Of a DNA stretch of 64,000 nucleotides, positions 47,950-55,802 are shown in pieces. The notes below the pieces were generated by a model that searched no databases, had not been told where the DNA came from, and was given only the letters and a program-made list of their open reading frames with translations. Made by a program: the position numbers and the translations under genes. This DNA is from a candidate division FCPU426 bacterium (GTDB lineage Bacteria > Oederibacteriota > JAAXVQ01 > JAUVAV01). The stretch is from the NCBI GenBank assembly GCA_040756875.1, contig JBFLYH010000001.1, forward strand, positions 288,001 to 352,000, written 5' to 3'. The first letter of the stretch is position 1; every line of letters begins with the position of its first letter.

Positions 47950-49685
47950 TGGCCGCGAACCCTTCCCCGGAAAAACGGATCGGCGTGTACGTCTGCTACT
48001 GCGGCGGCAATATATCGGATTACGTCGATGTGCAGAAGATCGCGGAAGCGGTCAGGCAGGAGCCGGGCGTGACGGTTGCCCGCAACCACATGTTCACCTG
48101 TTCGGATGCTGCCCAGCAGGAAATCATCCAGGACATCAAGGATCAGCACCTGGACGGCCTGGTGATCGCCTCCTGTTCCCCCAAACTTCATATGTTCACC
48201 TTCCGGGGCATGGCCGAGCGCGCGGGCATCAACCCCTACCAGTATATCCAGGTGAACCTGCGCGAGCAGTGCTCCTGGGCCCACCGGCAGGAGCGCGACC
48301 AGGCGACCCAAAAGGGCGTGGCCTTGGTCAAAGCCGGCATTGCCAAAGCCCGTTTCACCGAGCCGCTGGCCCCCATCCGGGTGACCACCAAGCCCAGGGT
48401 CCTGGTGGTCGGCGGCGGCATGACCGGCCTGGCCGCGGCCCGGGCCTTGTCGGACCTCGGAATCGGGGTGGACCTGGTCGAGAAAAGCGGCCGCCTGGGC
48501 GGATGGACCGCCGAGTGGGAGCGCGTGTATCCGGGCGGTCAGGACGGAGTCGCCCTGGCCAAGGCCCTGGCCGGGGAAGTGGCCGGGCGGCCGAACGTGC
48601 GGGTATGGACTGAAACCGAAGTGGTGGACAAAGGCGGACACCTGGGTGATTTCGAAATCACCGTGCAGTCGCCCGACGGCCGCCACACACTGTCCGCCGG
48701 CGCCATCGTGGCGGCCACGGGTTTTGATCCTTACCAGCCCCAGGCCGGGGAATTCGGCTACGGCCTGCCGGACGTGGTGACCCTGCCGGATTTCAAGAAA
48801 AGGCTGGGAACGGGGAAGCCGCTGGCCACGGCCGACGGCCGGCCGGTGAAGAAAATCGCTTACATCTACTGCGTGGGCAGCCGGCAGAAAAAAGCGCCGG
48901 GAGCCAATACCCACTGCTCCCGTTATTGCTGCACCGCAGCCTGCTTTTCCAGCGTCAGCGTGCACGCGGCGGATCAGGAAGTCGTCCAGTACCATTTGTT
49001 CCGCGACATCCGCACATTCGGGGAACACGAGCTGCTGTACGAACAGGCGCGCCGGGAGGGCGCCGTGTTCCTGCGCTACGAAGCCGGGGAACCGCCCCAG
49101 GTGGAGTCCGCGGAACAAGGCCTGCTGGTCTCGGTCAAGGATCAGCTGACCGCGGGCGAGCTGCTGGAGATTCCGGCCGACCTGGTGGTCCTGGTCACGG
49201 GCATGACACCCCGTAAAAACGAGAATCTGGTCAATGTCCTGAAGGTGCCGGTCGGGAGCAACGGTTTTTTCAATGAAATCCACCCCAAGCTGCGGCCTGT
49301 GGAAACGGTCATGGACGGCATTTTCATCGCCGGCGCGGCCCAAAGCCCGCGCCTGATCGGCGAGGCGGTCGGATCCGCCTTGGCGGCGGTGAGCAAATGC
49401 GGCGCCCTGCTGAAGAAGGGGTTCGTGGACCTGGAACCCTTGATCGCCACGGTGCGCCAGGATCGCTGCGAATGGTGCGGGCTGTGCCAGCCCGTATGCC
49501 CCTACCGGGCCATCGAGATGGTGTCCTGCGACGGCAAGGACAAAGCGCAGATCATCCCCTTTTTATGCAAAGGCTGCGGCGCCTGCGTGCCGATGTGCCC
49601 CAAAGACGCCATTGACGTCAAAGGCTACAGCGACGAGCAAATCACATCCATGATTTCAGCTTTGGCTGGGGAGCGGACAGCATGA
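47949..49685 (+). CDS. hdrA: Heterodisulfide reductase subunit A family protein (QmoB-like architecture, no fused MvhD)
   Basis: IGVYVCYCGGNI, VIASCSP, NLREQCSW, VVGGGMTG, YCVGSR, HCSRYCC, HPKLRP, C-terminal 2x[4Fe-4S]. Confidence 0.94.
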   Translation: MAANPSPEKRIGVYVCYCGGNISDYVDVQKIAEAVRQEPGVTVARNHMFTCSDAAQQEIIQDIKDQHLDGLVIASCSPKLHMFTFRGMAERAGINPYQYIQVNLREQCSWAHRQERDQATQKGVALVKAGIAKARFTEPLAPIRVTTKPRVLVVGGGMTGLAAARALSDLGIGVDLVEKSGRLGGWTAEWERVYPGGQDGVALAKALAGEVAGRPNVRVWTETEVVDKGGHLGDFEITVQSPDGRHTLSAGAIVAATGFDPYQPQAGEFGYGLPDVVTLPDFKKRLGTGKPLATADGRPVKKIAYIYCVGSRQKKAPGANTHCSRYCCTAACFSSVSVHAADQEVVQYHLFRDIRTFGEHELLYEQARREGAVFLRYEAGEPPQVESAEQGLLVSVKDQLTAGELLEIPADLVVLVTGMTPRKNENLVNVLKVPVGSNGFFNEIHPKLRPVETVMDGIFIAGAAQSPRLIGEAVGSALAAVSKCGALLKKGFVDLEPLIATVRQDRCEWCGLCQPVCPYRAIEMVSCDGKDKAQIIPFLCKGCGACVPMCPKDAIDVKGYSDEQITSMISALAGERTA

Positions 49686-49918
49686 GAAACCTGAGGACCG
49701 TCATGCGCGATGAAATGGTCAAACGCGACGAAATCCTGCGTTTGCTGCAGGACGGCCCCAAAACCGTTCCCGAGATCGCCCGGGCCCTGAACGCGCCCAC
49801 GGCGGATGCGGTGTTGTGGATGATGGCCATGCGCCGGTACGGCTGGATTGCGGAAACCGGCCGGCCGAATACCGAAGGCTATTTTGCCTATGCCCTGATC
49901 AAGAAGGACCAGCCATGA
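49682..49918 (+). CDS. Small winged helix-turn-helix protein
   Basis: EILRLLQDGPKTVPEIARAL...MRRYGWIAETG; ATGA-coupled on both sides. Confidence 0.8.
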   Translation: MRNLRTVMRDEMVKRDEILRLLQDGPKTVPEIARALNAPTADAVLWMMAMRRYGWIAETGRPNTEGYFAYALIKKDQP

Positions 49919-50214
49919 CCCGGGTCAACGCGGAATTCCCGAAGACATTCGATGCCACGGGCGAATTCGACGCCGCGCCCTGCATGAACTGCGGCACGTG
50001 CACGGCGTTGTGCCCCATGGAATTGACCAGCCTGCCGCGCGAACTGTTCCGCTACGCCCAACTGGGAATGGCGGACAAAATCGGCCAGCACGCGGAGACG
50101 GTTTTTTCCTGCCTGCTCTGCCGCATGTGCGAGGTCAACTGCCCCTCCCAGGTGAAGATCGCGGGCAATGTGCGGGCATTGCGGGCCTACCTCAACCGCA
50201 AGGAGGGCGTGTGA
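49915..50214 (+). CDS. HdrC-like 4Fe-4S dicluster protein
   Basis: CMNCGTCTALCP and CLLCRMCEVNCP. Confidence 0.88.
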   Translation: MTRVNAEFPKTFDATGEFDAAPCMNCGTCTALCPMELTSLPRELFRYAQLGMADKIGQHAETVFSCLLCRMCEVNCPSQVKIAGNVRALRAYLNRKEGV

Positions 50215-51185
50215 GCGCGAACTCCCTGCCGCGGAAACATGTCATCGGCATCCTGGCGGACAACCTCCGCCTGCGGGGAAGCGTCATGCCGCTTTCCGGC
50301 CGCCGCCTCACCGCCTGGGCCAGGGGTTTGCATCTGCCTCGCGGCGGGGACACCGTGATTTACACCGGCCACATGTATCAAATGATGCCCGCCCTGGGCT
50401 CTCTGGAGGCGGGGCTGGCTCTGGCCGCGAAACTGTCGCTCACCCGGTTGATGGGCCTCGGCCGCTGGGTGAACCGGCTGGTCGACCTGTCAACGTTCAT
50501 GACCTGGCCATCAGGCCGGGAGCAGCGCGAGTACGACGGCCGCTTGCGCCGGATCGCGAAACGGCTGCTGGCCGCCAAGGTAACCTTCGGGTATCTGTAC
50601 GAAAAGGAACTGTACACCGGCGCGCTGCTCTACGATTTGGGGGCCGAGGAGGTCTTTCGCAGCCATGCGCAGAAGGTCTGGCACCTGCTCAAGGCGCAAG
50701 GCGTGAAACGCGTGATTACCGTCGATCCCCATACCATGGATATGCTGCGCGAAGTCTATCCCCGTTATTGTCCGGATTACCGGATGGAAGTCGTCAGTTA
50801 TCTTGAAGTGCTATCGCAGGCAGAGGCGCCCGCAGCGCCAAACGCCGGCAAGATGGCGAAGGAGTGCGTGGCGCTCCACGATTCCTGCCTCTATGCCCGG
50901 GTGTTGGACGTTGTCGAACCGCCCCGGCGGTTGCTGGCGCAAGACCGCCGGCCTGAGGCCGAACATGCCCAATCGCGGGCCGCGACCCATTGTTGCGGCG
51001 GCCCGCTTGAATCCCTGTTTCCGGACAAAGCCGAGACAGTGGCCAGGACCCGGTTTGCCCAGTTGGAGCAGACCGGTTGCAAATCCGTTGCCGCCATGTG
51101 TCCCATCTGCCTGCACAATCTGCGCAAAGCCGCAGCCGGGAAGGGAATCGAGGTCAGGGATTTTTCGGAAGTTTTGGACCGTTGA
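50211..51185 (+). CDS. CCG-domain Fe-S protein (HdrB/HdrD-like)
   Basis: GTG start in a GTGA overlap with GGAGG RBS; ITVDPH, LHDSC, HCCGG, MCPIC. Confidence 0.87.
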   Translation: MSANSLPRKHVIGILADNLRLRGSVMPLSGRRLTAWARGLHLPRGGDTVIYTGHMYQMMPALGSLEAGLALAAKLSLTRLMGLGRWVNRLVDLSTFMTWPSGREQREYDGRLRRIAKRLLAAKVTFGYLYEKELYTGALLYDLGAEEVFRSHAQKVWHLLKAQGVKRVITVDPHTMDMLREVYPRYCPDYRMEVVSYLEVLSQAEAPAAPNAGKMAKECVALHDSCLYARVLDVVEPPRRLLAQDRRPEAEHAQSRAATHCCGGPLESLFPDKAETVARTRFAQLEQTGCKSVAAMCPICLHNLRKAAAGKGIEVRDFSEVLDR

Positions 51186-51197
51186 TGGCAGGCTAAG

Positions 51198-51254
51198 TCC
51201 CCCAATAAATAAAAACCTCGCCTGAATCAGGCGGGGTTTTTATTTATTGGGGGA
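51198..51254. terminator. Bidirectional intrinsic terminator; 28-bp inverted repeat
   Basis: TCCCCCAATAAATAAAAACCTCGCCTGA-A-TCAGGCGGGGTTTTTATTTATTGGGGGA between convergent genes. Confidence 0.9.
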
Positions 51255-51268
51255 TGATCGAGGCTGGT

Positions 51269-51742
51269 TTACTTCTGTTTGAAAATATGGTCGTTTTTAC
51301 GGACTTTTTCATCCACCTTGATGCCCACAGCCTGGCCGGCAGCAGCCTGGCTGACCGGAGCATGCTCAATCTGAATAGAACGGACAATCTGTTCGGTATT
51401 GGTGGTAAAGCCGCGGATGGAAACCATTTCGCCTACGGACAAAGGCGCTTTCAATGTAGTCAGAATGACTTCCAAGTGGCTGAGATAATCCTCCACTACT
51501 CCGGCTAAAACTTCGTTTTGACGGGGTTGATGCCAGGCGGGTTCTGCGGCTGGCGCGGAAACCTTCTTTTTTGCCGGCGCGGATTTAATGGCGGGCTTTT
51601 TGACTTTCTTAGATGCGTTTTTTTTAACCGGCTTTTTAGCCCGTTTGATGCTTTTTTTAACGGGTTTTTTCGCGGCTTTGGCGGAAGCTTTCCGCTTCGG
51701 TTTGGCTTTGGATTTTTTGGCTTTTTTCTTCGCGGTTGGCAT
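51269..51742 (-). CDS. Lys/Ala-rich histone-H1-like tail fused to an EF-Tu domain II/U32-C-like beta-barrel
   Basis: About 65 aa of KKAKK/KKPVKK repeats, then GVVEDYLSHLEV...LSVGEMVSIRG.TT...Q.V.SIQIEH...GQAVGIKVDEKVRKND. Confidence 0.8.
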   Translation of the reverse strand: MPTAKKKAKKSKAKPKRKASAKAAKKPVKKSIKRAKKPVKKNASKKVKKPAIKSAPAKKKVSAPAAEPAWHQPRQNEVLAGVVEDYLSHLEVILTTLKAPLSVGEMVSIRGFTTNTEQIVRSIQIEHAPVSQAAAGQAVGIKVDEKVRKNDHIFKQK

Positions 51743-51895
51743 GGTCAGGCTTCACCCCCGTTTGAAAGATTTTGGAAAGAAGAAGCTTATCTGCCTTATA
51801 GCACTTTCGGGATGGAAAGGGAACAGGAAAGTAAAAGCCTGAAAAATGTCCTGCGGCCCGCCCTGGGCCAAGGCGGGTGGCGGTTTTCGCATGAT

Positions 51896-54409
51896 TTAAA
51901 TTGGATATTTAGGCTCGTTTTGGATTGGCCCATCATCCTGAAGCGGTAAGCGGATGATGAAGGTGGTGCCTTGGCCGCTTCGGGTGGTGACGTGGATGCT
52001 TCCCTGGTGACGGTTTACGATGATGTTGTGGGCAATGGTCAATCCTTGGCCCGTGCCTTTGCCTACTTCTTTGGTGGTGAAAAAGGGGTCGAAAATGCGC
52101 GTCAGCAGGTGCTCGGGAATGCCGGTGCCCGTATCAGCGACTCGGATCTCCGCATGGGCTCCCTCCATCCGGGTGCTGATGGTAATCTGACCCTTGCCTT
52201 TGCCCCCGCCTTCTGTTACGTCGCTGATGGTGTGCGCGGCATTGACGATTAAATTAAGGATGACTTGGTTGAATTCGCCCGCGAAGCAGGGCACCGCCGG
52301 GAGTTGAAGATCGAAATCGGTCACGACCTCCGCGATGTATTTCCATTCATTGCGCGCCACGATCAGGGTGCTGGAGATTGCTTCGTTGAGGTTGACGAGC
52401 GTTTTTTGAGAACTGTCCGGATGGGCGAAGTCTTTCATGGCCCGGACGATGGTGGTCACGCGCTTGATCCCTTCTTGAGCCTGCTGGATCGCCTTGGGAA
52501 CCTCGGTGGAGAGGTAGGGGAGGTCGGCTTTGGACAGACTCGTCTCCACCTGTGCGACCAGCGCGCGGTCGATTTCACCCTGACGGGCTGAATCCAACAA
52601 GGACGTATACCCGGAAATCACCGGTTTGATGTCCTCGAGGGATTCCTGCAAGAACCTCAGGTTGTCTCCCACGTATTGTGTCGGTGTATTGATTTCGTGC
52701 GCGATGCCGGCGGCCAATTGCCCGATGGACTCCAGCTTTTGGGCTTGCAGGAGTTTGGTTTGCAGGCGTTCTTTTTCCAGCTCGGCCTGTTTGCGTTCGC
52801 TGAGATTGCGGAAGATGCCCTGAATGATCGTTTTCCCCCGGATGGAAACCACGGAGGCGTTTATTTCCACCGGGATGAGTTTGCCGGTTTTGGTCTTGAT
52901 CTCCGCCTCGTCACCGACCGTGATTTTTTGGCTGATGCGCCTTTTGAATTCCCCCTCATAAAAGGTCCGCTTCTCCTCGGGATAGATCGATATGGCTGGC
53001 CGGCCGATCAGGGCTTCGCGGGGAGTTTCCAAGAGGGCCTCGGCGGCGTGGTTGCATTTAAGGATCAAGCCGGTGGAAGTGTCCGCCCAAAAGATGGCGT
53101 CCTTGGCGTTTTCGAACGCCAGCCTGAATTCTTCCTCGCTCTCGGTCAAAGCCTCTTCGACTTTGATCCTTTCCGATATTTCCACCAGCAAGGCGTCGCG
53201 CGAAACAGTGGTTTTTTCGAGCGCCACGGTCATTTGGTTGAAGCTGTCGGCCAATTCACCGATTTCGTTGCGGGAATGGATATCGATGTGCAGATTCATG
53301 TTGCCGCGGCTGATTTCGCGGGTGGCGTCCCGCAAACGGATAATCGGCTCGGTGATCTTTTTGGAAATCAGTATGCTGGCCAAAAGAACCAGCAACAGGC
53401 TGAGGAAAACAGCCCCGAAAGACATTTTCAACCCGCGGATCACGTTTTCGTAGGCTTCGGTCGCCGGCAGTTCCACCACCACCGCCCAGTTCGGCATGCC
53501 GAGATGGACGTGGTTGGATACGACCCAGGTGTTGAGAATGCCTTTGACGATATCCGTGTTGGTGGTATGCGTCTTGGTATCCCCTTGGGTAAAAATGTCA
53601 ACCTGTTTGAGGTACTTAAGGTTTTCGGCCTTTAATACGCGGCTGATGTCCTTGAAAGCCAATAGGACGCCTTGGTCGTTGACGACATAGGCCAATCCTT
53701 TTTTACCGATCTTGAGATTGTCAATCAATTCCCAAATGTACTTCAGTTTGACCTCGGCCAATAATACTCCTTTAAAATCGCCGAAGATATTGTTGATCGG
53801 AACGCCCATGATGACCATGGGTTCTGAGGTTATTTTATCCACGTAAACCGGGCTGATATATTGATCGCCTGGCTTTTGCAAGGCGCGGATCTTGCCGTCG
53901 ATTCGGCCGTAAAAACTGCTGGAATCGAGTTTGGACAAGCGGGAGAGCTGGGTGATCTCGTGGTATTGGGGATTGAGGATCGCCAATTGATTGAAGGAAG
54001 CTTCGGCCCCCATTATTTTGTTGAGTGTCAGTTTCAGGTTGGCCGAGTTCTCTTTGGCTAGATTGCCGAGGAGAATGGCGTTGGATAGGATCGTGAATTT
54101 GTCGTGAAGATACTCTCTGACGTGGTCAGTCGCATTTTGGGCAATGAGGTGCTGTTGCGAAACGATAACGGTCTTTTCATATTGATAGCTGGCGAAAATG
54201 ATGATGAGATACGAAAACAGCAGTACCAGAGTACAGAGGTGAAAAAAGGTTGAGAAAAGCGTGAAAGTCAAGCCCTGGAAACGAATGTTGTGCAAGCCGA
54301 GTCTGGAGACCAACGCACGCCAGGCTTGGCGCAGACGGTCAAACCACGAAGCCAAGCCGGGCCATGAATATCTATGTAAAGTGCGATTCGATTTCGAACC
54401 AAGCGTCAT
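51896..54409 (-). CDS. Sensor histidine kinase (dCache-HAMP-PAS-HisKA-HATPase)
   Basis: YISPVY and AYVVNDQG (Cache), NEIGELADSFNQM (HAMP), PAS, GIAHEINTP, LNLIVNAAH, DTGTGI, FDPFFTTK, GTGQGL. Confidence 0.95.
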   Translation of the reverse strand: MTLGSKSNRTLHRYSWPGLASWFDRLRQAWRALVSRLGLHNIRFQGLTFTLFSTFFHLCTLVLLFSYLIIIFASYQYEKTVIVSQQHLIAQNATDHVREYLHDKFTILSNAILLGNLAKENSANLKLTLNKIMGAEASFNQLAILNPQYHEITQLSRLSKLDSSSFYGRIDGKIRALQKPGDQYISPVYVDKITSEPMVIMGVPINNIFGDFKGVLLAEVKLKYIWELIDNLKIGKKGLAYVVNDQGVLLAFKDISRVLKAENLKYLKQVDIFTQGDTKTHTTNTDIVKGILNTWVVSNHVHLGMPNWAVVVELPATEAYENVIRGLKMSFGAVFLSLLLVLLASILISKKITEPIIRLRDATREISRGNMNLHIDIHSRNEIGELADSFNQMTVALEKTTVSRDALLVEISERIKVEEALTESEEEFRLAFENAKDAIFWADTSTGLILKCNHAAEALLETPREALIGRPAISIYPEEKRTFYEGEFKRRISQKITVGDEAEIKTKTGKLIPVEINASVVSIRGKTIIQGIFRNLSERKQAELEKERLQTKLLQAQKLESIGQLAAGIAHEINTPTQYVGDNLRFLQESLEDIKPVISGYTSLLDSARQGEIDRALVAQVETSLSKADLPYLSTEVPKAIQQAQEGIKRVTTIVRAMKDFAHPDSSQKTLVNLNEAISSTLIVARNEWKYIAEVVTDFDLQLPAVPCFAGEFNQVILNLIVNAAHTISDVTEGGGKGKGQITISTRMEGAHAEIRVADTGTGIPEHLLTRIFDPFFTTKEVGKGTGQGLTIAHNIIVNRHQGSIHVTTRSGQGTTFIIRLPLQDDGPIQNEPKYPI

Positions 54410-54410
54410 G

Positions 54411-55427
54411 TCAGCGAATGACCTCGTCGGCCCTGTTTAATAACCCTTCATCGACCTTTAAACCGGCTTTAATCGCGGCTTTGTAATTGATTTGAAGGTA
54501 TGTTTCAGCTGAAACCACGGGAACCGTGCCTGCCGGGGCGCCTTGGAACACTTTGTGGACGAGAAAGGCCGCTTGCTTGCCCTGGGCGATGTTTTGCGGA
54601 GTAAGCCCAAAGACGGATTCATAACCGCCGGCTGACATCATGACCCCGCCGATGGGGATCCGGCGGCGATCGGCAAATGCCCCTAAAGACTGGAACAGTT
54701 CCGGTGTGACACTGAGAGGTTCGATAATAAGAAGGATGGCGTCAGGAGGTCCGGATGCTTTTAATTGCTGCTTCAGGTTGGATTCAAGTTCCTGGGGAGT
54801 CGTTGCGGGGATTTCCACCAACGAAAACCCCTGAGAGGTACTGGCCTGCTTAAGAATGTCCAATTGGCAGGGGAGTATGGGATAACCGCGATAGTAGGGC
54901 ACCCATAATTTGCTTAAACGGGGAACCAACTCTTGCATGATCTCGAGGCGTTTGAGAACGATGTTCGGACCCAGCCAGCAAACGCCGGTTATATTTTCGC
55001 CGGGCGTGCGAATGCTGTCCACCAGCCCGGTGTTTTCCAGAAAGACGTTGACCGCAACCACCGGAGTTTTAGTGCCTTTGGTAAGGGTTTTGGCTTCCAT
55101 GGAGGCTTCGGTTGGGAACGCCAGGATCAAATCAACCTTGTCATCCAGGAATTTCTTCACGATATTTTGGTATGAGGCGATATCGACGTTTGATTTTTGG
55201 ATGTCATAGACGACATTCTTTCCTTCGATATAGCCGAACTCCGCCATCTTTTCTTTGAATCCGTCGCTGATGGTGGAAAAGTAATCCAAACCGGAAAGAA
55301 TGCCTATGCGGTAAACCGGATGTGAATTTGTACTGCAACTGCTCGTTAGACAAAAAACGCCAAAAGCGAGTAAACACGGGAGGTAAAATAATTTCGAAGC
55401 CGTATATGACTTTGGCATTCTCATCAA
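54411..55427 (-). CDS. ABC_sub_bind-type solute-binding lipoprotein, orphan
   Basis: Lipobox TSSC; GFKEKMAEFGYIEGKNV, GLVDSIRTPGENITGV, LQINYKAA, LLNRADEVI. Confidence 0.88.
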   Translation of the reverse strand: MMRMPKSYTASKLFYLPCLLAFGVFCLTSSCSTNSHPVYRIGILSGLDYFSTISDGFKEKMAEFGYIEGKNVVYDIQKSNVDIASYQNIVKKFLDDKVDLILAFPTEASMEAKTLTKGTKTPVVAVNVFLENTGLVDSIRTPGENITGVCWLGPNIVLKRLEIMQELVPRLSKLWVPYYRGYPILPCQLDILKQASTSQGFSLVEIPATTPQELESNLKQQLKASGPPDAILLIIEPLSVTPELFQSLGAFADRRRIPIGGVMMSAGGYESVFGLTPQNIAQGKQAAFLVHKVFQGAPAGTVPVVSAETYLQINYKAAIKAGLKVDEGLLNRADEVIR

Positions 55428-55802
55428 CTCCTTTGCTGATAGCTTGAATAGCCCCAGACGGCAGGAATAATCGGCATTTATGCCTCGCTATTAGAATCGG
55501 CAATTCAGCCTTGAAATGTAGCCGAGAATTCCTCGGGGGAAACCTGAAAAGGCTTGAATTATATACGCGAATGCAAACCGGGGTGTTCCGGCTGGGGTAC
55601 GAAAGGATGCCAAGGCCTGGAAGTTCGAAAGAAAGCCGGCGTGCTGAATGAAGGGATGTGATGGGAAAAAATAAGACCGGCCGGGATTTTTATGAAACGG
55701 CATTCGATTCTGGTGTGATAAAATGCGTTTCAAAACAAATGGTCGGCGTCAGGGTCGGATGGATTTCGAAAGAACTTTACCCGGGCCGGAATTCCCATTG
55801 GG

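Noticed and set aside
45196-49343. 559-aa and 482-aa minus-strand ORFs
   Set aside because: Shadows of the two hdrA genes.
44820-49685. Selenocysteine recoding in mvhD or hdrA
   Set aside because: No in-frame TGA at Cys-equivalent positions; the ORFs are uninterrupted.
43958-51185. Calling the operon sHdr sulfur oxidation or methanogenic Hdr
   Set aside because: No lbpA or duplicated hdrC/hdrB, no mvhAG, and the HdrA architectures differ; reaction direction cannot be read from sequence.
51198-51254. 28-bp inverted repeat as a MITE or IS end
   Set aside because: No internal sequence or target duplication; position and A/T tracts fit a bidirectional terminator.
55570-55645. Possible c-di-GMP-I riboswitch (GCAAACC, two GAAA loops, CCGGCT/AGCCGG stem)
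   Set aside because: Element order does not fit the GEMM consensus; an Infernal scan would be needed to revive it.
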